The notes under the pieces were generated by a model. The model searched no databases. It saw only the letters and a program-made list of their open reading frames with translations, and was not told where the DNA came from. The translations under genes and the position numbers were made by a program. From an uncultured Eubacteriales bacterium (GTDB taxonomy: Bacteria > Acidobacteriota > Aminicenantia > Aminicenantales > Aminicenantaceae), in assembly GCA_964514305.1 (NCBI GenBank), contig CAZEQD010000004.1, forward strand, positions 20-64,019: DNA of 64,000 nt. The letters run 5' to 3'. Position 1 is the stretch's first letter, and each line of letters starts with the position of its first letter. Positions 46,645-56,614 of the stretch are shown piece by piece.

Positions 46645-47540
46645 AAAAAGCAAAAACCATGAAACTCTCGCTTCCTCCCGAAGAATATATGAATTCAGGC
46701 CATCTCGCCTGTCAAGGATGTGGTGCTACTTTAGCCATGAGATACGCTCTTAAAGCTCTAGGCCAAAAAACAGCTCTCTGTATTCCGGCCTGCTGTTGGT
46801 CTGTTATAGACGGACCATTTCCCTATTCATCTCTGGAAGTGCCAATTTTTCACTGCGCTTTTGAGACAGCGGCCTCTTCAGCCTCTGGCCTAAAAGCAGG
46901 CCTGGAAATGGTTGGAGACACTGAGACTACGGTGGTTGCTTGGGCTGGGGATGGCGGAACCTTCGATATCGGCATTCAAGCCTTGTCTGGAGCAGCCGAA
47001 CGAAACGATAATATAATTTATGTTTGTTACGATAATGAGGCTTATATGAACACCGGTATTCAACGTAGCTCAGCCACTCCTTATGGAGCTTGGACAACCA
47101 CTACTCCTGTTAAACACTTTAAAGATAGACCCAAAAAAGATATCGTGGCCATCATGGCTGCTCATCATATCCCCTATGTAGCCACAGCCAGCGTAGGCTA
47201 TCCTGAAGATCTTATAAAAAAAGTAAAAAAAGCAAAATCCTTTATAGGAACCAAATTTCTCCATATCTACGCCCCTTGTCCCACTGGCTGGAAAAGCCGG
47301 CCTGAAGATACTGTTAAGTTGGCCAGATTAGTCGTTCAAACAGCCATTTTTCCTTTGTATGAAATCGAACATGGAGAAAAATATATCCTCAATATTAAAC
47401 TAAGAGAAAAGAAACCGATCAATGATTATCTTCGACTTCAAGGAAGATTCCGCCATCTTAAAGAAGAGGAAATAGCTTTCATGCAAAAAAATGTAGACAT
47501 CAACTGGGCTAAGCTGCTTAAAAAATGTGAAAACCTCTGA
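46641..47540 (+). CDS. porB: 2-oxoacid:ferredoxin oxidoreductase beta subunit (TPP-binding)
   Basis: 'GDGGTFDIG' TPP motif. Confidence 0.85.
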   Translation: MKKAKTMKLSLPPEEYMNSGHLACQGCGATLAMRYALKALGQKTALCIPACCWSVIDGPFPYSSLEVPIFHCAFETAASSASGLKAGLEMVGDTETTVVAWAGDGGTFDIGIQALSGAAERNDNIIYVCYDNEAYMNTGIQRSSATPYGAWTTTTPVKHFKDRPKKDIVAIMAAHHIPYVATASVGYPEDLIKKVKKAKSFIGTKFLHIYAPCPTGWKSRPEDTVKLARLVVQTAIFPLYEIEHGEKYILNIKLREKKPINDYLRLQGRFRHLKEEEIAFMQKNVDINWAKLLKKCENL

Positions 47541-47649
47541 TCATTACTATATATCATTAAAATTTCAATAAATTTTCCATATTATATTTTACTGGCACAA
47601 ACGCTCTGCTATGGATAGCAGACCCTAAAGATAGTAGCTTATTAATTCC

Positions 47650-47716
47650 TAATTTTCACTTTTCTCTTCTTACTTCTCACTGTTTACTATTCACTGTTTA
47701 CTTTTTACTCTATTAT
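47650..47716 (+). repeat. Family-B element, solo arm copy B2
   Basis: 'ctgtttactattcactgtttactttttactctattatgc' aligns with B1 right end 'cgatttactattcacgatttacgattcaactctaataagg'. Adjacent hairpin ctgctat-gg-atagcag at 47606-47621. Confidence 0.5.
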
Positions 47717-47717
47717 G

Positions 47718-48716
47718 CTACCATCTATAAACTATGGCCGCCCAGGTAAAGCCAGCCCCAAAGGCATCCATCAAGATTATATCACCCTTTTTTAGCTTTC
47801 CGGCCTGACTAAGTTCATGAAGGCCGATAGGAATTGTGGCCACTGAGACATTGCCGTATTTATGGATGTTAATGTAAACTTTTTCTGGAGGTAGCTTTAA
47901 ACGTTTACCAGTGGCTTCGATTATTCTTATATTTGCTTGATGAGTTACAAGATAATCAACATCTTCTTTCTTCAAGTCAGCACGAGCTAGGGCTTCTAAA
48001 GCAGCTTCCCCCATACGCTTAACAGCATGTTTAAAAACCTCATTTCCCTTCATATGAAGAAAATGGAGTCCCTGGGAAATCGTTTGATTAGAAGCTGGTA
48101 TTCGGGTTCCTCCACCTGGGATGGAAAGTAAATCACCAAGATTGCCATCGGCCTTCCAGTAGGAAGAGAGCATGCCCGAATCATCGTCACTTTCTTCAAG
48201 GATTACGGCTCCGGCACCATCTCCGAAAAGAACACAAGTACTGCGATCTTTCCAGTTGGTAACCTTGGTTAAAAGTTCTCCTCCTACTAATAGAATACGT
48301 TTGAGAGCTCCACTCAAAATTAAACCTTCAGCTAAAATCATTCCATACAAAAATCCGGTACACCCGGCCGAAATATCAAAAGCAGGGATATGGTCAGCTC
48401 CGAGTCCTTTCTGAATCCAGCAGGCAGTAGAAGGAAATATGGTATCTGGAGTGGAAGTAGCGGCTATAATAAGATCAATATCTTCAATTTTAAGCCGGGC
48501 TGAACGAAGAGCGTTCAAACCAGCTTCAATACCGAGATCAGATGTAGCCTGTTCAGGCGAAGCTACTCTTCTTTCTTTGATTCCGGTTCTGGTTATTATC
48601 CACTCATCTGAAGTATCTACCATTTTTTCCAAATCGGAGTTGGTTAAAATTTTATCAGGCACATAAAAGCCGGTACCTACGATTTTGATCTTTCGTTTTT
48701 TCTCTTTGTTGGCCAT
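47718..48716 (-). CDS. fabH: 3-oxoacyl-ACP synthase III
   Basis: Catalytic Cys 'AGCTGFLYG', 'HQANIRII', 'GAGFTW'. Start at 'MANKEKK' with a GGAG RBS. Confidence 0.85.
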   Translation of the reverse strand: MANKEKKRKIKIVGTGFYVPDKILTNSDLEKMVDTSDEWIITRTGIKERRVASPEQATSDLGIEAGLNALRSARLKIEDIDLIIAATSTPDTIFPSTACWIQKGLGADHIPAFDISAGCTGFLYGMILAEGLILSGALKRILLVGGELLTKVTNWKDRSTCVLFGDGAGAVILEESDDDSGMLSSYWKADGNLGDLLSIPGGGTRIPASNQTISQGLHFLHMKGNEVFKHAVKRMGEAALEALARADLKKEDVDYLVTHQANIRIIEATGKRLKLPPEKVYINIHKYGNVSVATIPIGLHELSQAGKLKKGDIILMDAFGAGFTWAAIVYRW

Positions 48717-48792
48717 AACATCTCCAAATAAGCATTTTCTATAGCACAAATAATTTCAATTTGCAAATAAATAAGAAGACAAGTAAAATCAA

Positions 48793-50034
48793 TTGATAAT
48801 GAAATTCATAAAATACTTTATAATTAATTTCTTTTTATTAATATGGCTGGTCAGTTCATCCTGGTCTCAACTAATCATAGGCCAATATCAAGATGAAGCA
48901 CCGGTTAGAAGCTGGAATAATTTAGGAGTAGTGAATGCTTCCTCTTTAGGTATGGGCGAAGCCTATTACGCTTTTGCTTTGGACTGCTCAGCTAGCCTGG
49001 CTAATCCGGCTCTTTTGCCTTATCTTTCCCAAATCTGTGTAACCGCTCATGGCTCTTTTAATTCTTCCTCTTTTTATAAGTATTCATTGATAAACACTGG
49101 CGTAGTAAATACTAACCAAAACATTAAGCTTAATATTTATAGCTCAGATTTTGTTGGTTTATCAGTTAAAATCAAAGATTGGACTCTGGCCTTAAGTCAC
49201 GGCATTCTTGAAATTTATAACCGGCCTTCGGTTGAGCAAAAATATTATTATAGAGGGATTCTTTATTCGCGATTAAACTTTAGCCAAGAAGGTCTTCTCA
49301 AAGTAATCAATTTTTCCCTAGCCCGGAAGATAAATTCCCACCTTTCATTTGGTTTAGGTCTAAACCTAGTGAGAGGTCATCTTGAAAAAAAAATGGAGCA
49401 AAATTGGCTAGATGATAACATAACTCTTAGCGACAGCAAATCTCAGCAGTTTCATGGATTTTACTTTAATTTAGGGCTATTTTATGCACCTTCTTCCAAG
49501 CTAAACCTGGCAGCCATATTCCGCAGTCCTTACCAAAAGAAGGCAGACGGCCAGAGCTCTTACAGATATTTATCACCAAAAGGAGAAACAGACATCAAAA
49601 TAGAAGCTTCTGCCCAGAATAAATATCTCCAGCCTCTGGTTGTAGGCTTTGGCCTAAATTATCAGATTTCTCCTCAATTCAGGTTTGCTTCTGACTTTAG
49701 CTACTTTAACTGGTCAAACTATAAAATCACTTATTTTGAAGAAGAAATCGACAGACATTTCAAAAACGTAATAAAAGTTGGAATGGGAATTGAATATCTG
49801 ACAAAAATAAGATTATCAAACTATCAGATTGCAATTCCTTTACGACTCGGCTTGATTTATGATCCCCAACCGATGTCAAGGCCCAACTCTTACTATCTTT
49901 ATTATACTCTTGGCTCTGGCTTCCAATGGAGAAAATTCCAGCTGGACTTAGGAGCATCTTTTGGCCGAGAATGTGGATCTGAAGATTCTCTGTCTGCTCG
50001 GAAAATTTCTCTGTCACTTATTTTCTTGATGTAA
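48793..50034 (+). CDS. Hypothetical secreted/outer-membrane protein
   Basis: Signal peptide; beta-rich with an aromatic C-terminus. Confidence 0.35.
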   Translation: MIMKFIKYFIINFFLLIWLVSSSWSQLIIGQYQDEAPVRSWNNLGVVNASSLGMGEAYYAFALDCSASLANPALLPYLSQICVTAHGSFNSSSFYKYSLINTGVVNTNQNIKLNIYSSDFVGLSVKIKDWTLALSHGILEIYNRPSVEQKYYYRGILYSRLNFSQEGLLKVINFSLARKINSHLSFGLGLNLVRGHLEKKMEQNWLDDNITLSDSKSQQFHGFYFNLGLFYAPSSKLNLAAIFRSPYQKKADGQSSYRYLSPKGETDIKIEASAQNKYLQPLVVGFGLNYQISPQFRFASDFSYFNWSNYKITYFEEEIDRHFKNVIKVGMGIEYLTKIRLSNYQIAIPLRLGLIYDPQPMSRPNSYYLYYTLGSGFQWRKFQLDLGASFGRECGSEDSLSARKISLSLIFLM

Positions 50035-50072
50035 TAAAAAAATGAAAATAAATTTAAACTAAGAGGTAAAGA

Positions 50073-51380
50073 ATGAAAATCAGAAAAATAGTGTTTTTCC
50101 TGATTATTTTTCTAGTCCTCTTCTTCCCTCTTCTGGCCCAAGACTATAATAATACGACAATTATCAGTGTCAGCCAAAATCCTCAAGCAATCAGAAAAAT
50201 TAACAAATTGAACCTGGATATTCTGATGATCTGGCAAGGAAGAATCTACATCATCTGTAATCGGCAACTTGATGATCTATTAAAAATAAAAAAAGCCAAT
50301 ATTGCCTATCAAATCGAAACTCAGAAATTCTATCCATTTTCTAACAAAGATGCTAATCTCCAGGGAAGCATAAATGGTCCTTATCATACTTATCAAGAAC
50401 TGGAAAACGACTTAATGACTTTAGAAGAAAGATTTCCTGATCTGGCTAAGCTTTATATCCTTGGTCAGAGCTTGGAAAATAGGAATATTTATGCCCTTAA
50501 AATAAGTGATAACGTTTCCCTGGAGGAAGCCGAAGCCGAGGTCCTCTTTATTGGTTGTCATCATGCTCGCGAATGGATTTCAGTGGAAGTACCCTATTTG
50601 TTAGCCAAGTATCTTGTTGAGAACTACAGCCGCCAACTTACTATAAAAAATCTTGTCGACCACAGCCAAATTTGGATTATTCCCCTTCTCAATCCTGATG
50701 GCCTCGAATATTCTATTCATTTTTATCGCTATTGGCGAAAAAACAGACGTAATAATGGAGACGGCAGTTATGGAGTAGACCTTAATCGAAATTATAGTTA
50801 CAATTGGGGCCTGGATAATGAGGGTTCAAGCCCCAATTCCTTTTCTAATGTTTACCGAGGAAAATCACCTTTCTCCGAACCTGAAACTCAAGCTGTCAGA
50901 GATTTCTGTCTGACTAGGAGATTTCAGGCTTTGATTTCCTATCACAACTACTCTCAAGTTATCCTTTACCCGTGGGGTTATACTAGCGTTCCTTCACCCA
51001 AAAACAAGCTTCTTGAGGAGATGGCTGCTCAAATGTCTGAATTAATTCAAGCTGTTAACGGTCGCTTTTATGAATATGGCCAGGCTGGAAACTCTTTCTA
51101 TCTAACCAATGGAGATACCACTGACTGGGCCTTGGGAGTTTATCATATACCTGCCTTTACTATTGAACTGCCTCCTGTAGATGTCCTCCACGGCGGTTTT
51201 TTCAACTCAGGGGAAGATATACAATCAATTTTTAAAGAAAACTTGCCGGCTGCTCTTTATCTTATCGACTGGTCAATGAAGAATTTTTCTGAGCAATTTT
51301 CTAATTCAACTGGTACAAAAGGGGAAAAGAACAAACAGAGAAAAAATTTGACAATTTTTGTCAAAAGAGATAAGAAATAA
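50073..51380 (+). CDS. Secreted M14 zinc carboxypeptidase
   Basis: 'HHAREWIS' (HxxE), 'NPDG', 'SYHNYSQVILYPWG'. Confidence 0.8.
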   Translation: MKIRKIVFFLIIFLVLFFPLLAQDYNNTTIISVSQNPQAIRKINKLNLDILMIWQGRIYIICNRQLDDLLKIKKANIAYQIETQKFYPFSNKDANLQGSINGPYHTYQELENDLMTLEERFPDLAKLYILGQSLENRNIYALKISDNVSLEEAEAEVLFIGCHHAREWISVEVPYLLAKYLVENYSRQLTIKNLVDHSQIWIIPLLNPDGLEYSIHFYRYWRKNRRNNGDGSYGVDLNRNYSYNWGLDNEGSSPNSFSNVYRGKSPFSEPETQAVRDFCLTRRFQALISYHNYSQVILYPWGYTSVPSPKNKLLEEMAAQMSELIQAVNGRFYEYGQAGNSFYLTNGDTTDWALGVYHIPAFTIELPPVDVLHGGFFNSGEDIQSIFKENLPAALYLIDWSMKNFSEQFSNSTGTKGEKNKQRKNLTIFVKRDKK

Positions 51381-51401
51381 TGAAAAAATTTCTAGGAAAC
51401 T

Positions 51402-52436
51402 ATGAAAACCTTTTTAGCCAGCCTTTTTTCTTCTCAGCCCCCACCTCCCGCTAGAGAAGGCCTCCCCTATTGGGCCTTCTGGTTTCTGTTGTGTATTATT
51501 CTTCTTTTAATTATTTTTATTTTTCTCAGAGATAAAGATTTAAGACAAAGGCTTGATTCTTTTTTCTTTAAAACCAAAATCAAATTGATAAAATTCCGCC
51601 TTCAAACCAAGCTTAAAAAGGAAAAACAGAAAAAAATAAAGCTGCTTAAAGCCTTAGGAAAAAAAGCTTGGCTGGAAAACCTTATGATTGAAAAAGGCCA
51701 AGAACTATTGGTCAATCTTAACCAATTAGAAAAAGAGAAAGCCAAACTGGAAAAAGAAAAAAAGGCACTAGCAGCCAGAATAGAATCACTGGAGCTCAAA
51801 CTTGAAGATATACAGCAAAAATATGAGGAACCATTGAAACAAAAAGAAAACGAGAAAAAGCCATATAAGGAGAAATTAAGTGAAATCAGAGATCAGCATA
51901 AAATTTTAAATATAAAAATTGAAAAAAGCCAAAAAGAAGCTGAAAAAATAGAAAAAGAATTTAATGAAATTCAAAAAGCTCTCGAACAAAACAGTAATCT
52001 TTACCTACAGGAGGAAAAACAAAAGGTTAGAAAAGAAAAAAATACAGATCAGCTCCAAAGCCTTAAACAGCAAAAAGAAAGTATTAGCCAGAAAATTACT
52101 TCCTTTACAGTCGAAAAAGATAAAAGCATCCAAGAAGAAAGAAAACTCCAACAAATTATAAACTCTCTTAATGACTCTATAAGAAATCTTCATCAGGAAC
52201 AGAAAGAGCATCAACAAAAATTACAGAAAGAAATCAAAGAATGGGAGAAAGAAAAATATAAAATTTTACAGAAAATAAGAGAAAATGAATCCCAAAGAGA
52301 ACCTCTCTTCGAAAACTTGGGAAAAATCATTGATGAACAAAGAGTAGATCATGAAGAGTTAATTGTCTTTTATTCTCAGATTGACAGGACCAATCGTCGT
52401 ATTCAAGACCTGGAAAATCAAATTAAAAATTTATAA
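51402..52436 (+). CDS. Membrane-anchored coiled-coil protein (K/E/Q-rich)
   Basis: N-terminal TM, then heptad-like charged repeats. Confidence 0.4.
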   Translation: MKTFLASLFSSQPPPPAREGLPYWAFWFLLCIILLLIIFIFLRDKDLRQRLDSFFFKTKIKLIKFRLQTKLKKEKQKKIKLLKALGKKAWLENLMIEKGQELLVNLNQLEKEKAKLEKEKKALAARIESLELKLEDIQQKYEEPLKQKENEKKPYKEKLSEIRDQHKILNIKIEKSQKEAEKIEKEFNEIQKALEQNSNLYLQEEKQKVRKEKNTDQLQSLKQQKESISQKITSFTVEKDKSIQEERKLQQIINSLNDSIRNLHQEQKEHQQKLQKEIKEWEKEKYKILQKIRENESQREPLFENLGKIIDEQRVDHEELIVFYSQIDRTNRRIQDLENQIKNL

Positions 52437-52693
52437 GAAGCAACCAATATTTAATCCCCTTTCTTGTTCTGGCAAATCTTCTTTTTTGACATAAGAGAAA
52501 AGTGGATGTTTAATAATCTCTAACTAAAATTGACTGCCCTATTAGTCACCATCTATAATTACAGGTTACCAGCTAGACCAAAATCCGGGCTCAACCTCGG
52601 CGGATAAAAAAGTTTTAAAATAAAAGTAAGCTTTTATGGTGACGAAGATGACAATGATTATCATAAGATAAAAAAACAGTTTGAAATTCAGCT

Positions 52694-53269
52694 ATGATTG
52701 ATAAAAAAGCAGGAATTCTCCAAAAACCTAAAATACTGGTTCATATCTGCTGTGCTCCCGATGGGCTTTATGTCATCCAACTTCTGCAAAGAGACTATGA
52801 AACCAGCGGCTTTTTCTATAATCCCAACATTCATCCTTTTTCTGAATATAAGCTTAGATTGGAAGAGACAAAAAAAATAAGTCATCTGCTGAATTTCGAA
52901 CTTATAGAAGGGGAATATGACGATCATCGCTGGTTCAGAATAACCCAAAAATATAAAAATGAGCCTGAAAAAGGAAGAAGATGCGACATTTGCTATGCTC
53001 TTCGACTCCAGAAAACAGCCGAGACTGCAGCCAAGCTTCAATTTGATATTTTTACCACCGTCATGAGCCTAAGCCCTTGGAAAAAAGCAGAAGTCCTCAA
53101 CCGGATAGGAAAAATGTTTAGCCGAAAATACAAAATAGATTATTTAGAGGCTAATTTTAAAAAGAAAGATGGCTTTAAAAAAAGCGTTATCCTCAGCCGC
53201 CAATATAGTCTTTACCGTCAAAATTACTGTGGCTGTGTCTACAGCCAACCTTCACCAAAAAATGTCTAA
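52694..53269 (+). CDS. queH: Epoxyqueuosine reductase QueH (DUF208)
   Basis: 'LVHICCAPDG' and C-terminal 'NYCGCVYS' cysteine blocks. Confidence 0.7.
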   Translation: MIDKKAGILQKPKILVHICCAPDGLYVIQLLQRDYETSGFFYNPNIHPFSEYKLRLEETKKISHLLNFELIEGEYDDHRWFRITQKYKNEPEKGRRCDICYALRLQKTAETAAKLQFDIFTTVMSLSPWKKAEVLNRIGKMFSRKYKIDYLEANFKKKDGFKKSVILSRQYSLYRQNYCGCVYSQPSPKNV

Positions 53270-55559
53270 CTCTGGGTCTCCTTCTTCCATCACCCTTATT
53301 GTTTTTGGTGTGGTCCAGGGAGTAGGTTTCAGACCGTTTGTCTACAGACTTGCCCATGAATTTGGCTACAAGGGCTGGGTAAAAAATATAGGATTTGGGG
53401 TAGAAATTCATCTCGAATCCTGTCAAAAAACAGATTTTGAAGCTTTCCTGCGAGCTCTCAAGGAAAAAAAACCTCCTCTAGCCAGAATCGAAAAGATAAC
53501 AATTGAGCATACCCCTGCACGTCATCTTAAAGGCTTTAGAATTAAGAAATCAAGAGCAGGCAAAAGTTTCGTTTTTATTTCTCCTGATATATCTGTGTGT
53601 GAAGAATGCTTTAAAGAAATGTATTCTCCTTCTGACAGAAGATTTCTCTACCCCTTTATTAATTGCACCAACTGTGGCCCTCGTTATACTATTGTCAAAT
53701 CTCTTCCTTATGATAGAGAGCAGACAACCATGGCCAAATTTAAAATGTGTCCTAACTGCCGCCAAGAATACTCTGATCCTTTAAACAGAAGATATCATGC
53801 CCAGCCCATAGCTTGTCCTGTTTGTGGGCCTCAGGTGAAACTTCTTGAAGCAACCACTGGCCGAGAATTAGAAGGAGGAGTAAAGACAGCTGCTTCATTT
53901 ATTAAAAAAGGAAAAATTATAGCTGTCAAAGGCCTGGGAGGTTTCCATCTTGTCTGTTCTCCTTTTAACTTTCGGGCTGTAGCCAGGCTGAGAAAAATAA
54001 AAAAAAGAAAGACCAAACCTTTAGCTTTAATGGCCAAAAACTTCAGCATTGTTAAAAAATATGCTTATCTTTCTTTAGAAGAAAAAAAGCAGCTTACCTC
54101 AGGACAACGGCCTATTGTCCTCCTCAGAAAGAAGGAAGATATTAAAGGAATTGCTCCTTATTTGAATGAACTGGGCTTCATGCTGCCTTACACACCTCTT
54201 CATTATTTATTATTAAATGATCTGGAGTTAATAGTAGCCACCAGTTCCAACCAAAAAGACGCTCCGCTTATGAAAGATGAGAGTGAAGGAGTCGGCCAGA
54301 TTTGTGATTACATCTTCACCCATGATAGACCAATCCAGATGAGAGCTGACGATTCTGTTCTTAAAGTAGTTAATAAACAGCCACTTTTCCTCAGACGGGC
54401 TAGAGGCTATGTTCCCTATCCTCAAAAAGTACCTTCATCTTTAGCCATCCCCAACCAGATTATAGCTTTAGGAGCAGAGCTTAAAGATACAATTTCAATC
54501 TATAAGAATGGTTATGTTGTAACCAGCCAATTTTTAGGAGATCTGGATGAATATTTAAACTACAAATATTTTCAAGAGACGATTGACCACCTTTCTCGGC
54601 TTTTTGAAGTTAAGCCTCAAATAGTTGTTTCTGATCTTCACCCAGATTTTCAGACTACCAGATTTGCTCAAAAAACCGGCCTTCCCCACTTTCAAGTTCA
54701 GCATCACTTTGCCCATGTTCTGGCCCCTCTTTTGGAACACAACATAGTTCCAGAAAAAAAAGTTTTGGGAGTGGCTCTGGATGGCTACGGATATGGAGAT
54801 GACGGCCAAGCTTGGGGGGGAGAATTCTTACTGGCTGATTATCTATCTTATCAAAGATTAGCTCATTTTAAATATGTAACCTTGCCTGGGGGAGATTTGG
54901 CATCTAAACAGCCCTGGAGGATGGCCCTTTCCTACCTAATAGATACTTTTGGCCTTGATTACCCTCACTTACAAATTTTTCGAGATATTAAAAAAGAAAA
55001 ACTGAAAAGTCTGGAATTAATGATAGCCAACAACATCAACAGCCCCCTCACCTCCAGCTGTGGGCGGCTTTTTGATGCGGTTTCTTTTCTCGTAGGGCTT
55101 TCGCCTTTAGAAGTTGAATTTGAAGCTGAGGCTCCAATGAGATTAGAAGCAGTAGCTGAAGAAAATCTTAACCGATACTATGAATTTTCGATTGATTCAT
55201 CAGCATCTCCTCTTCAAATCTCTTTCCAACCGATGATAAAGGAAATATTAGAAGATCTGAAATTAAATGTTCCCCCCTCTCAGATATCGGCTAAATTTCA
55301 CAATACTTTGGCCCAGGTTACAGCTTCCTTGGCTGAATTTGCTAAGAAGAAATATGAAACTGACATAGTAGTCTTAACAGGAGGGGTCTTTTTAAATAAA
55401 GTACTTTTAAAGAAAACAACCAATCTCCTCGAGAAAAAAAATCTCATAGTCATAAGACCTCTAAATTATCCTCCCAATGATGAATCAATTTCCTTGGGAC
55501 AAATTGCTCATGCTCTTTACAAATTAAAAATAAACAGGGGGCCAGGCTTTTTAAACTAA
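53262..55559 (+). CDS. hypF: Carbamoyltransferase HypF ([NiFe]-hydrogenase maturation)
   Basis: Acylphosphatase 'VQGVGFRPFVYRLA', two CxxC-X18-CxxC zinc fingers, YrdC and Kae1-like domains. Start at 'MSNSG', overlapping the queH stop by 8 nt. Confidence 0.85.
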   Translation: MSNSGSPSSITLIVFGVVQGVGFRPFVYRLAHEFGYKGWVKNIGFGVEIHLESCQKTDFEAFLRALKEKKPPLARIEKITIEHTPARHLKGFRIKKSRAGKSFVFISPDISVCEECFKEMYSPSDRRFLYPFINCTNCGPRYTIVKSLPYDREQTTMAKFKMCPNCRQEYSDPLNRRYHAQPIACPVCGPQVKLLEATTGRELEGGVKTAASFIKKGKIIAVKGLGGFHLVCSPFNFRAVARLRKIKKRKTKPLALMAKNFSIVKKYAYLSLEEKKQLTSGQRPIVLLRKKEDIKGIAPYLNELGFMLPYTPLHYLLLNDLELIVATSSNQKDAPLMKDESEGVGQICDYIFTHDRPIQMRADDSVLKVVNKQPLFLRRARGYVPYPQKVPSSLAIPNQIIALGAELKDTISIYKNGYVVTSQFLGDLDEYLNYKYFQETIDHLSRLFEVKPQIVVSDLHPDFQTTRFAQKTGLPHFQVQHHFAHVLAPLLEHNIVPEKKVLGVALDGYGYGDDGQAWGGEFLLADYLSYQRLAHFKYVTLPGGDLASKQPWRMALSYLIDTFGLDYPHLQIFRDIKKEKLKSLELMIANNINSPLTSSCGRLFDAVSFLVGLSPLEVEFEAEAPMRLEAVAEENLNRYYEFSIDSSASPLQISFQPMIKEILEDLKLNVPPSQISAKFHNTLAQVTASLAEFAKKKYETDIVVLTGGVFLNKVLLKKTTNLLEKKNLIVIRPLNYPPNDESISLGQIAHALYKLKINRGPGFLN

Positions 55560-55671
55560 ATTCAGAATAACATCTACTCCAAGCGAATTTTGACTCCACC
55601 GATAAAAGAAGAAATAAAATTTATAAATAAAGACAGAACAAAGCCACCAACTCCCAGCTCGACAAAACCAA

Positions 55672-56304
55672 TTATCCCCCCAAGAAAGCATAAACAATGC
55701 CTCCTACCAAGGTGCCTTGAAGTTCTCCTAAAAACAGAGGCAGAGACAGGGCAATTTGACCAAAAATATCAGTCGATCCTAGCAGAGCTCCTCCTAAAAT
55801 CCCTATAAAAACTCCGGCTGCGGCCATGAAAAGAAAAAAAGATAAAAGATTTAGAGATCGAAAAATAAAATAATTGTCCTCTTTCTCAATTTTTAATTCA
55901 TCCAGCTTATTTCTCAATGATTGCTCTTTTTTCCCATAGAAAGGAATAGCAACGGAAGGCTTATCAAATTTTTGTTTCCTATTAGGAGATAAATCCCACT
56001 TATCATCTAAATTCTGACCGCAGCCAGCACAAACTTCATCTTTCAAATTATTCTCATAGCCACAGTAGATGCAAATAGCTTTTCCTTCCTTTATAGATGG
56101 CGGTTTCGATTGAATCCAATTTTTACCATCATAATAATACCACTGGCCACTTTTAGCTCCGACCATCCAGAACTTCCCCTGTTGATCTTTTAAAGGTAAT
56201 TTTCTTAGTTCCTCTATAAATTCCTGTCTAGATATTCTCCCTTGCCAAAATTTCTCCTTCAGCTCACTATATTCTTGTTCTATTTTTTTGAATTGCTTTT
56301 CCAT
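55672..56304 (-). CDS. Zinc-ribbon protein with C-terminal glycine-zipper membrane segment
   Basis: 'CIYCGYENNLKDEVCAGCGQNL'. C-terminal 'GVFIGILGGALLG'. Confidence 0.4.
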   Translation of the reverse strand: MEKQFKKIEQEYSELKEKFWQGRISRQEFIEELRKLPLKDQQGKFWMVGAKSGQWYYYDGKNWIQSKPPSIKEGKAICIYCGYENNLKDEVCAGCGQNLDDKWDLSPNRKQKFDKPSVAIPFYGKKEQSLRNKLDELKIEKEDNYFIFRSLNLLSFFLFMAAAGVFIGILGGALLGSTDIFGQIALSLPLFLGELQGTLVGGIVYAFLGG

Positions 56305-56614
56305 CTTAATAACCTATTTTAGCCAATTTACCTTTAATTTCGCACAGATAAAAGAAGCTTTTCTCTTTTTCTTTTTCTAAATTCAGGCAAGCAAAATACC
56401 AATCATTATTTTGGTAGCTTTGTAAATTGTTTATTTTCAGCATATTTATAAATCATTTAATATCAATAATATAGGCATTATGCACAAATTATGTGCAATT
56501 TGTCATATTTCTAAGAAATTTCTAATTTTTGGCTTTAAAAAGGAAGATATTTCCACAAGATTTCCACAAAATCTGTGAAAATTTCGCAGCCCCAAATCTT
56601 TCTCCTTACATTCT

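Noticed and set aside
52560-52693. preQ1 riboswitch upstream of queH (hairpin followed by A-rich tract)
   Set aside because: The hairpin loop does not match the preQ1-I consensus, and queH is not a typical preQ1-regulated gene. It is probably just an AT-rich leader.
53169-53261. HypF start at 53169 as in the ORF track
   Set aside because: This start would overlap queH by 100 nt in another frame. The acylphosphatase domain begins right after the Met at 53262, which sits next to the queH stop.
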